A stretch of DNA of 64,000 bases from an uncultured Lachnospiraceae bacterium (GTDB lineage Bacteria; Bacillota; Clostridia; Lachnospirales; Lachnospiraceae), in contig CACYCJ010000270.1 in the NCBI GenBank assembly GCA_902772925.1, positions 3,498 to 67,497 of the forward strand, given 5' to 3'. The position numbers and the translations under genes were made by a program. Shown here in pieces: positions 27,098 to 35,689 of the stretch. The notes beneath the pieces were generated by a model. That model saw only the letters and a list, made by a program, of their open reading frames with translations. It had not been told where the DNA came from and searched no databases. The stretch's first letter is position 1. Every line of letters starts with the position of its first letter.

Positions 27098-28948
27098 ATG
27101 AATAATAATCAGCTTTATCCGTTTGAAAGAAATAGGTATTATCCGGGAAAGATGCTCACGACTGCAGATTTTCAGGCAGAGCAGAATTATCACATTAATA
27201 AGATCAGATTTTTGAATGATCTTATGTACGGCTCCGGAGTCATATGCGGTCTGGGGGTGTTCTCTCTTGACGATCAGTCGATCCTTATCGAGAGTGGTGC
27301 CGCAATAGACGGATGCGGAAGAGAGGTCATCATTGATTCCTCCACAGTAAAAAAACTGTCAACGCTTGAAGGCTTTGACAGCATTACGGGTGATTCCGCC
27401 AGACTTTGTGTACGCTATAAGGAACAGGAGGTTCATAGCGTTTATTCGCTGAATCATAATGAAGATGGCAAGGAGTATGAATTTAATCGTATCTCCGAGG
27501 GCTATGAACTGTTTCTGACAGAGAATGACGATAGAGATAACGGATACGCTCAGGACATTGAATTTCTTGCGAGAGAAGTAATGTTTAAGAGTGAGAATTA
27601 CATCGGTGAGATACTGATGCCCTTCACCGTATGTAAAAATAACAATATAAAGATAGTTCTGGAGATCAGAAAGCTCAGCGCAGAAAATGTCAAGCTCAGC
27701 TGCAGAGGACTTCTCGAAACCCCTGTATTCGTAACAGCCGAGGGTGCACACGAGATTGAGATCGGGGTAGAGGATCTTGTTCTTCAAAAGGGCGAGACTA
27801 TTCGGAAGGAGTACTGGGTACATGTTCAGGATAATCCTGCCGTTTCCACAGAACTTATTCTCAGGAGCGGAACGGCCGTTGCCCTTGAAGATGATGCTGC
27901 TATCACAACATCACCTAATTTTTCAATCAGAGTCAAGATGACTAATGTGACTCCTATGGAGCTTGTTTCCATCGAGACGAGTAAGAAGAATCTCGAAATG
28001 AGAGGTATCGGACTTTTGGATGATTCGATACCGCTGGCTGATATAAAGCTTGTAAAGAATGCCAATAATTACCTTATAGATACTATCAATGAGGATTCGG
28101 CCAAAAAGTACATTCTTACTCCGGCTCAGATATTAAAGAGAAATGAATATATTTCATATTACGTAAAGCAGGTGGATATCAGGGATACACAGAAGGAGAG
28201 ACCTGTACAGCAGATTTCAAGAGTTGAAAACAGGCCTTCCGAGTTTTCCAACATTGCTACAGGAACACTTGAGGTTCCTCTTGGTAAAAATGCGAGAGAG
28301 GGAGATATCCGTTATTCGGGTGAAATACCTCACGGGCTCGGAAACGGTAATGTATATGTTGACATCGGCTACAGTCATATTACAGATGATCCGGAGCTTT
28401 CGGCAAATCAGAAATGTACTATATACGGTAATCCCGATCTGTTCAGCAGACGAAGTGAGCAGATGACGGATGTTGAGACTGCGGTTAAGGTCCTTAATGA
28501 AAAGGGCAGCTTTGTAGTAGCAGTCAAGCTCCTTCGAAATGTAGATTATCTGTCGCTCAATTTCCGCTGGGTTGCGATTAAATTCCCTTCGGGAGATGAT
28601 ACCGAGCTTACCGAGGATTATTATGACAAGAGTATTTCCGTTGCTACACCTACCGTAATAATGGGTACAAAGGAAAGTCATTTCTTCAGTGTAAGATTTA
28701 ACAATATGAAGGCTACAGCGATTACATATGAGCTTACATCGCCGGGAAGCGGAGAGATAAGCTCCGACGGAATATATACAGCTCCTGCCAAGGAAGGTGT
28801 ATATGAGATCAGAATCTATTGTACGGAGATGCCGGTTATATGCACATATGCATATGCGATAGTCAGAAAAAAGATGATTGATGAACCCACAGAGGATAGA
28901 GGCAGTTCCTCGGCAAATAATGACGGAACATTTGGTGGAATTCTATGA
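27098..28948 (+). CDS. CIS tail-fibre/baseplate-attachment-type protein
   Basis: N-terminus RNRYYPGKMLTTADFQAEQNY...YGSGVICGLGV...GAAIDGCGREV matches the fibre shoulder domain seen in eCIS loci. C-terminal Ig-like unit GEISSDGIYTAP. Confidence 0.7.
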   Translation: MNNNQLYPFERNRYYPGKMLTTADFQAEQNYHINKIRFLNDLMYGSGVICGLGVFSLDDQSILIESGAAIDGCGREVIIDSSTVKKLSTLEGFDSITGDSARLCVRYKEQEVHSVYSLNHNEDGKEYEFNRISEGYELFLTENDDRDNGYAQDIEFLAREVMFKSENYIGEILMPFTVCKNNNIKIVLEIRKLSAENVKLSCRGLLETPVFVTAEGAHEIEIGVEDLVLQKGETIRKEYWVHVQDNPAVSTELILRSGTAVALEDDAAITTSPNFSIRVKMTNVTPMELVSIETSKKNLEMRGIGLLDDSIPLADIKLVKNANNYLIDTINEDSAKKYILTPAQILKRNEYISYYVKQVDIRDTQKERPVQQISRVENRPSEFSNIATGTLEVPLGKNAREGDIRYSGEIPHGLGNGNVYVDIGYSHITDDPELSANQKCTIYGNPDLFSRRSEQMTDVETAVKVLNEKGSFVVAVKLLRNVDYLSLNFRWVAIKFPSGDDTELTEDYYDKSISVATPTVIMGTKESHFFSVRFNNMKATAITYELTSPGSGEISSDGIYTAPAKEGVYEIRIYCTEMPVICTYAYAIVRKKMIDEPTEDRGSSSANNDGTFGGIL

Positions 28949-29790
28949 TTTATGAATCGGGTAACACAAGCTATACGGTAGTATCCACTTTGTTTAGTGG
29001 AGAAGTTAACAGTTGCTATATGGCACGCCTGTCTGATGATATGGATGGCAGAAGCTTTACCATTATTGTGCTCAGAGATCATAATCTTATTCGGAGCCTG
29101 ATGGAGGCCGAAAGTAAGATTGAAAGCATAGGTGACAGTCAGCTTGTTGATCATTTTACATATGGCAGCAGTTATATACTTGTTTTTCCTTACAGACAGG
29201 AAAGGCCGCTTGAGAAGTTTTTTGTCGGAGATATATTAACCCTTTCGGAGGTTGAGAAGATTGGAACGAACCTTCTGCTCGGTTGTATTTCCGCATCACT
29301 TCCCTATCCGATGTTATATCTGATACTGGACCAGAATCTTATCAACCTTTCAAGAGACGGAAGCGTATATTTCAGCTATGATATTGATTTTAAGGATTTC
29401 GATGAAAGAAAGACCGAGAATGATTGTACGGTAAAATGTGCCGAGATACTTAAAAACATCCTTTCGACTAAAGCAGATGATAAAAATATAAGCTATGAGC
29501 TTATTTCAAGAAAGTCGGATAACAACAGTTATTCAAATTTCACGGAGCTTTACAGAGATCTGCAGATTGCTGCCACACCCAAACAAAGGCGCGGGATCAT
29601 TGTCAGGATCAAAAGCTTTTTCTTCAGAAATATGGACACGATATTCGGAATTCTCTTCTGGATATGCCTGATAGCGGGGATAGTAGCCCTGATACTTTTA
29701 CTCACACATGTTGTCTGGGGAGATGTGCCGCTGATAAGGATTTTTATTAATAATTTTAAGATCATAGGAACGGAGTCATTGCAACGATGA
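28945..29790 (+). CDS. Membrane protein with probable pseudokinase fold and C-terminal TM helix
   Basis: Kinase-like spacing (YTVVSTLFSGEVNSCYMA; LVDHFTYGSSYILVFPY; LTLSEVEKIGTNLL) without VAIK, HRD or DFG. One TM helix near the C-terminus; ATGA overlaps at both ends. Confidence 0.5.
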   Translation: MIYESGNTSYTVVSTLFSGEVNSCYMARLSDDMDGRSFTIIVLRDHNLIRSLMEAESKIESIGDSQLVDHFTYGSSYILVFPYRQERPLEKFFVGDILTLSEVEKIGTNLLLGCISASLPYPMLYLILDQNLINLSRDGSVYFSYDIDFKDFDERKTENDCTVKCAEILKNILSTKADDKNISYELISRKSDNNSYSNFTELYRDLQIAATPKQRRGIIVRIKSFFFRNMDTIFGILFWICLIAGIVALILLLTHVVWGDVPLIRIFINNFKIIGTESLQR

Positions 29791-32231
29791 GTACAAAAGT
29801 GCGAATAATAATATGCATAAGTGTAGTAAGCTTGGTGCTTATGTTCGTTGTCATAAGTTTTGCTTCGAAAAGGGTCAAACATGATCCGGAGTACAGAGCG
29901 GATTCCTTTGCGGCATATACGGATAACGGCGTTTACTTCATGGAAAACTGGAATAAAAAGGGCAGGGTATATCGCGTTCACAGTTCCGGAAAGGTTATGG
30001 CGATGACCACCTCCGCTATGTTTAAGATGGACAGAGCTGAGGGGCTTTCTGTAGAAGAAAGCGGAGTGGTCCATGTTCTTTATTCACGAGACTATTATGA
30101 TGATGACGGCGGATTTTGTGTTTACAGGTTAGCAAGCTACGATCCGGAGCTTAATCCGCATTATCTGTCTCCCTGCTTTATTATCGACAGTGATGAAGCG
30201 GTGACAGGCTTAACAGCTGATGTGACTAATGTTTACATCACAACGATCAACTCAGGTTCGGATATAGTTACGGTATATGCAATCCCGCTATCGTCAAGAA
30301 TGCTGCTTGACACCGATGAAGACGAGTCGGAAGAACAGCCGGAGAAGATAACGAGAAATTCTTACCCCACTCCGGAATTCCTGCTTAGAAGACTCAGATC
30401 GCCAAACAGGTTTTTTGTAGATGCGGAATATGCTGATTCGGAGCTCTATTTACTTCTGGACGGGGAAGTTCCGAGCGGGATTTTTACACCTGACATCCGT
30501 ATAAAAAATACGATTGATTCAATGAAATTCAGCATAGTACAGAATATCAGGATATATTCTAACTATATTATCATTTTTACAGGCTGTTTTCTCATTTGGC
30601 TGATACTGGTTATACTGATATACAGACTGCTGCTTAACCGCGACAGAATAGTATATATATTCATGGTAATAGAGGTTACATATCTGGTTGTCCTGTTTTT
30701 GGCATTTTCATTTGTAAGCGGTCAATATTATAACTTCGGAATGAGACAGAATATGAGATTTGCCACGAAGCTTATGAAGTCTGAACTGGATAACTATACC
30801 GGCGCAGATTTTTATGCATATGATTTTTATGACAGTCAAGAATACTATGCATTGCTTGCAAAGCTGCAGGAGATTGCAGATACAGAGGATTCTGACGGAA
30901 ATTACTACGACGCATTTCTTATGAACAAAAATAATGGGGAAATCCTTGTAGATGCCAGAGGCTATTGTCATATAAATGCTACTTATCTGTATGGAGGAAA
31001 TCTGAGCCCCGTTCTTGAAGAACTGGATGATACCACATATGCATATTCCGATGATATTGACTATGAAGGAAATATGCTTTCGGCAGCCGCGTACTCCGGA
31101 AGCAATACGAAAAATGAACTGGCTCTGGTTGTGATCTTCCAGAATGTTGTGACATCCGTAAACTATAGGAAAAGCCTGCGGTCGGTAATCATTGCATATA
31201 TAGTTACATTCATAATCGGAAGCGTAATTATCCTGCTGCTCCTTTATTCACAGCATAGAGACCTGAAGACATTCGGTCATGCGATACGTGAGCTGGCTGA
31301 CGGAGGACCCAAGGAGGATGCGCCGAACCAGGTGGCACGGGACATGAGGAGCCTGTGGAGATGCTACGGAGAGATAACAAAGAGGATAGAACAGATCAAT
31401 TACGATAAATATATGATCTTCGAGGCTTATTACCGGTTTGCACCAAAGGGAATAGAAGACATTATGAGTAAGGATTCTATTTTCGATGTTCATATAGGTG
31501 ATACCGTTTCCGTATCGGGAACTATGATGGTCGTATCTGTTGACGATCATAATGACTACAGCCTTAAGGTCAGCAGACTTGCTGCTATCCTTGAAGATAT
31601 GGGCAGATTTAAAAATAAGACTGACGGAATACTTGTTTCCAGAGATACATCTCTTTCTCACCTCAGATTCTTATTTATGAGTGAGCATAATGATACGGTC
31701 AGAAGTGTTGTTCAGTTTATTAACAGCAGTAATCAGTACGATGATATAAAATCAACCGTACTGATGTATAATGACAGTTTCGTATACGGAATTGCCGGTT
31801 CTTCCGAGCAGAGCCTTTGTTACATAGATTCGGAATTTTCACAGGAAATGGATGAATATGCCGAATGGTTTAAGAGTCAGGGAGTTCAATTCGTTGTTAC
31901 CGAAAGTATACTCGATGTCGAAGAGGTCGGTGAAAGAAGATTTATAGGCCGCGCACTTTCGAAGGACGGCAGGGAAATCAGATTCTTTGAGGTGCTGGAT
32001 GCATATTCCGCATCCGTAAGGCAGGCAATGATAGTGAACAGGGCTAAGTTTGAGGAGACTTTGGAGCTTTACTACGCAAGAGATTTCTATCTTGCAAGAA
32101 ATAAATTCCTCGAAATCATTAAGGATTGTCCTTATGATGAGATTTCTAAATGGTATATCTTTGAATGTGAGAGACATCTGAATGGTGAGGCAAAGGAAGC
32201 TCAATGGAAATATTTACGGATAGAAAAATGA
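29787..32231 (+). CDS. Multi-pass membrane receptor with HAMP-like linker, degenerate class III nucleotide cyclase domain and TPR-like tail
   Basis: Four hydrophobic segments and two extracellular domains. YYRFAPKGIEDIMSKDSIFDVHIGD matches the cyclase entry motif; FFEVLDA...FEETLELYYARDFYLARNKF tail. The catalytic DIxxFT and GD motifs are absent. Confidence 0.7.
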   Translation: MSTKVRIIICISVVSLVLMFVVISFASKRVKHDPEYRADSFAAYTDNGVYFMENWNKKGRVYRVHSSGKVMAMTTSAMFKMDRAEGLSVEESGVVHVLYSRDYYDDDGGFCVYRLASYDPELNPHYLSPCFIIDSDEAVTGLTADVTNVYITTINSGSDIVTVYAIPLSSRMLLDTDEDESEEQPEKITRNSYPTPEFLLRRLRSPNRFFVDAEYADSELYLLLDGEVPSGIFTPDIRIKNTIDSMKFSIVQNIRIYSNYIIIFTGCFLIWLILVILIYRLLLNRDRIVYIFMVIEVTYLVVLFLAFSFVSGQYYNFGMRQNMRFATKLMKSELDNYTGADFYAYDFYDSQEYYALLAKLQEIADTEDSDGNYYDAFLMNKNNGEILVDARGYCHINATYLYGGNLSPVLEELDDTTYAYSDDIDYEGNMLSAAAYSGSNTKNELALVVIFQNVVTSVNYRKSLRSVIIAYIVTFIIGSVIILLLLYSQHRDLKTFGHAIRELADGGPKEDAPNQVARDMRSLWRCYGEITKRIEQINYDKYMIFEAYYRFAPKGIEDIMSKDSIFDVHIGDTVSVSGTMMVVSVDDHNDYSLKVSRLAAILEDMGRFKNKTDGILVSRDTSLSHLRFLFMSEHNDTVRSVVQFINSSNQYDDIKSTVLMYNDSFVYGIAGSSEQSLCYIDSEFSQEMDEYAEWFKSQGVQFVVTESILDVEEVGERRFIGRALSKDGREIRFFEVLDAYSASVRQAMIVNRAKFEETLELYYARDFYLARNKFLEIIKDCPYDEISKWYIFECERHLNGEAKEAQWKYLRIEK

Positions 32232-32249
32232 TGATGGAATAAGGACAGT

Positions 32250-33485
32250 ATGGGAAATAATTTATTAGGAGTACTGATCTCCTCGATTAAATCCAAATTT
32301 GCATCCATAGTGTCGAAGCTTCGTTTATGGCTCAGCTGGGATTATATCAGAACGAGAGTCATAGGGAGGATCCGGGACTTCTTTGTAAAGCTCTTCGACA
32401 TAAAGCCGAAGAACAAGGATGATTATTATACTATATTCGGCTGGATGTTCAGCAAAAAGCTTGCATATCTGATCATCATAGTCGTTGGTGTGATAAGTGT
32501 CTGGTATATAGCCAGGACGGTAACGCTTTTTAAAAAAGACGCAGGCGGAATACCTACATACAGATACAATTCGATCATGCTTCGTCTTGCGGAAAAGAAA
32601 GTAAGGATAAAGGCGAAATCAGGCTATATTGCATACGAAGGAGTTGTTAAAAAAGGTTATGTAACAGGAGAGGGCAAGCTGTTTTCTCCCGACGGAATTG
32701 TCCTGTATACCGGAAATTTTGAAAAGAATAAATATGAAGGAGAAGGTACTCAGAGCTATGAGACCGGAGTGCTTCATTATAAAGGCACATTCCATGAAAA
32801 TGTGTATGAAGGACAGGGAACACTTTACCGCGAGGACGGAACAAAGGAATATGAAGGTGAATTCCTGAACGGCTTAAAGGAAGGTAACGGCAAGCTTTAT
32901 GATAACGGAGGGAATACCATATACGAGGGCGCATTTTCCACTGATGACATAGTTTACGGAGAGCTTCTCGGGAAAACGCCTGAAGAGATAAGAAAATCGT
33001 ATTTCGGTTCTCAGATACTATATGAAGAGAGTGAGGATATAGGAGCCGACAGCGTTGTACAGCTAAAAGATATAGGTGCACTGTACCTTTCGCACAGTGA
33101 TGACGGTGCTTCCGATGACAGCCCGAAGGCAACAACTATTACAGTACTTTCCAGCAGGTTTAAACTCGGTATGCTGGATGCGGGAAATATCGAGGCGGTA
33201 ACAAGACTTCTCGGAACGCCCATATATGAAGGATATTCTTCGATAATCTTTCCTGAGGCAGTTGCAGTGAATATCCTGAATGAGAATCACCGTGCATTGA
33301 AGGGCCGTGTGGATATGGAGTACGCCAGTGAGTTTTCGGATGATTTCGTTATAAGCTGGATCGATCCGAATTATACGGTGTATCTTCATACATACGAAAA
33401 GGGCGGACTGGTTTATACTTTTATATCCGCCGATAATGATGATACATTTTCATTTTATGAAATTTCGGAAAAAGGAGACGAATGA
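32250..33485 (+). CDS. Single-TM MORN-repeat protein
   Basis: TM LAYLIIIVVGVISVWYIA followed by about five YxGxFxxxxxxGxG repeats. Confidence 0.85.
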   Translation: MGNNLLGVLISSIKSKFASIVSKLRLWLSWDYIRTRVIGRIRDFFVKLFDIKPKNKDDYYTIFGWMFSKKLAYLIIIVVGVISVWYIARTVTLFKKDAGGIPTYRYNSIMLRLAEKKVRIKAKSGYIAYEGVVKKGYVTGEGKLFSPDGIVLYTGNFEKNKYEGEGTQSYETGVLHYKGTFHENVYEGQGTLYREDGTKEYEGEFLNGLKEGNGKLYDNGGNTIYEGAFSTDDIVYGELLGKTPEEIRKSYFGSQILYEESEDIGADSVVQLKDIGALYLSHSDDGASDDSPKATTITVLSSRFKLGMLDAGNIEAVTRLLGTPIYEGYSSIIFPEAVAVNILNENHRALKGRVDMEYASEFSDDFVISWIDPNYTVYLHTYEKGGLVYTFISADNDDTFSFYEISEKGDE

Positions 33486-33486
33486 T

Positions 33487-35664
33487 ATGATCAAAACAGC
33501 GCGTTTGATTAAAAGTTATATCAGTATGGTGCTTTGTATAGCTATGGTTCTTTGCGCTGTTATCACTACGCCTCCGGTTCGTACTGAAGCGGCCGTAAAG
33601 AAAATGACTCTTGCTCTTGCCAGAGAATTGGCAATAAAAAACAGCGACGCCTATGAGTCTGCCGAGATGGCGGTGGATTCAAAGACAAGCGCGAGAGAGA
33701 GTGCTCTCAAATCAATGAATGCAAAGCTGAAGAATAAAAAGACCTTCAGGTGGAGCCCCCTTCTCAGCTTTAAGTTTCCGCAGAAATTTAATTTTACCGA
33801 TGAATCTGACATGCAGCTTAAGCCGATAACACTTGCGGGTGAGATAAATGTCGCACAGCATAAGCTTCAGGATGTGAAGCTTAAGGTAAGCGAGGATGTC
33901 TGCAATCTTTATGTGGAGATAGTAACACTTCAGAATACCATTGAATTTGAAGAATCAAGCTATGAAAAGCTTATTAAAAACATTGATCATGACAAGGCTC
34001 GTCTCAAGATGGGGGATGTGACCCAGGCGGATATCGATCGTAAACAAAAGAAGGCAGATACAAAGGAAAGTACGATAGCCGCAAATAAAAGACAGCTTGA
34101 AGCGGATCTTAAGAAGTTTTCAGGAATAGTCGGACTGGATGTTTCCACGGGTTATGTATTTGAAAATCCGTATGTTGAAAAGAATATCGACAGGACAGTT
34201 CTTGATGATCTTATCACCTATACCGAAGACAGAGATCAAGGCTATTATGAAGCCTGTGTAGCGCTTACTACCGCAAAGCTGGCTCTCAATACAAATTATG
34301 ATCTGATGAAGAATCACTACGGAAATGATATCAATATTATTTCCAAATATGTGAAATCCGCATTAAACGGTACGAAGATAAGCAATAAAGCATTTAAGAA
34401 CGACTATAAAAAATTCCTTGATAAGATAGACAGCTACTGGAAGGGTAAAAAAAGGATAATGCTGTTTGTGAAAATCCCCAGAGAGTGGATGAAGGGAGAT
34501 GTTGACGGAATCCGTTATATCGAAGACGATCCTTATGTACTTTATCAGAATACATTGGATTATATCTCGGCCCGTAAGGATGAAGAGTCGGCAAAGAAGG
34601 AGCTTGATAAGTCGGTAGAGGCGGAATTCAATAATTATATCAATACAAGAAACTCCTATCAGCAGGCTCTTAAGGATATGGACAATCAGGAAAATCTGGT
34701 CAAAGAGTATGGCGTTAAAAACAGGATGGGACTTATATCGGCAGAGGAATATGAAGACGCCGTAAATGAATACGAAGAGCTCAGAGTATCCATGCTTGAT
34801 TCAATGAAGGCTTATACGCAGACACTGTTTTCCTTTGACAGACTTACCTGTGGCGGCGTAAGTGCATTAGTATTCGGTACAGGCGCGGATATGAAGACAC
34901 CACTGGATGCCAAGGCTGCTGCAGATGCTAAAATGTCGGTTGATTCCAAGACAGATGACGGATCGGGTGCAGGTGATGAGTCCGGCGAACAGGGTGAAGG
35001 CAGCGGAACCGGTTCATACGATACGGGAGATGGGGATGACGGCAGTGACAGTACTGTCAGTACCTCCAAGGATGAGGCTATGTACTATCTGACGCCCATT
35101 ATCCAAAGGGAGCTTTTTGAACTCAGTGTCTATATACCGAAAGGCTTCCCTATAAAGATCACGCATTTCGAGTTATGGTGTGATAAGGTTCAGATCGGAG
35201 AGAGGACTCCCATAGATAAGACCATAAGACATCTGACTCTTGCTAAGAATGAAATAGAAGAAGTAAAGATAAGATTTTATAAAGACAATGAATTTGTAGA
35301 TGATTGTGTGATAGATCCGTCCGCGGAATCCGGAGTCCTGAATATAGTTACCGATATCAATGTAAGCAAAGAGGATTCAAAGATAGTCGGTTCATACGTT
35401 TCATCAGTTGACAGTTCTACCGGAATGATGACAATTAAGATGTCTCCGAAGGAAAGTGAAGGTATAGCATCCTTTACCTTGAAGATTGACGGACAAGTAC
35501 TCGGCGATAAGGAAAAGATATCTGTTGATACGGAGTTTAAGCATCTCGGACTTGTTTCCTCTGACCTGAGCAGGATTACGATAGAATTTTACAACAAGGC
35601 AGGCAGCCTCATGTATACCGGATATATGGACACGAAGAATGGTAAACTGGTTAAAAATGATTAG
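33487..35664 (+). CDS. Secreted TolC/OEP-like coiled-coil protein with C-terminal beta domains
   Basis: ATG 33487 after AAGGAG. Signal peptide ending TEA-A; MTLALARELAIKNS; VCNLYVEIV; ARLKMGDVTQADI and a second copy NRMGLISAEEY, matching the two-repeat OEP pattern. Confidence 0.7.
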   Translation: MIKTARLIKSYISMVLCIAMVLCAVITTPPVRTEAAVKKMTLALARELAIKNSDAYESAEMAVDSKTSARESALKSMNAKLKNKKTFRWSPLLSFKFPQKFNFTDESDMQLKPITLAGEINVAQHKLQDVKLKVSEDVCNLYVEIVTLQNTIEFEESSYEKLIKNIDHDKARLKMGDVTQADIDRKQKKADTKESTIAANKRQLEADLKKFSGIVGLDVSTGYVFENPYVEKNIDRTVLDDLITYTEDRDQGYYEACVALTTAKLALNTNYDLMKNHYGNDINIISKYVKSALNGTKISNKAFKNDYKKFLDKIDSYWKGKKRIMLFVKIPREWMKGDVDGIRYIEDDPYVLYQNTLDYISARKDEESAKKELDKSVEAEFNNYINTRNSYQQALKDMDNQENLVKEYGVKNRMGLISAEEYEDAVNEYEELRVSMLDSMKAYTQTLFSFDRLTCGGVSALVFGTGADMKTPLDAKAAADAKMSVDSKTDDGSGAGDESGEQGEGSGTGSYDTGDGDDGSDSTVSTSKDEAMYYLTPIIQRELFELSVYIPKGFPIKITHFELWCDKVQIGERTPIDKTIRHLTLAKNEIEEVKIRFYKDNEFVDDCVIDPSAESGVLNIVTDINVSKEDSKIVGSYVSSVDSSTGMMTIKMSPKESEGIASFTLKIDGQVLGDKEKISVDTEFKHLGLVSSDLSRITIEFYNKAGSLMYTGYMDTKNGKLVKND

Positions 35665-35689
35665 GATAAAAGCTTAGGAGAAAAAACGG

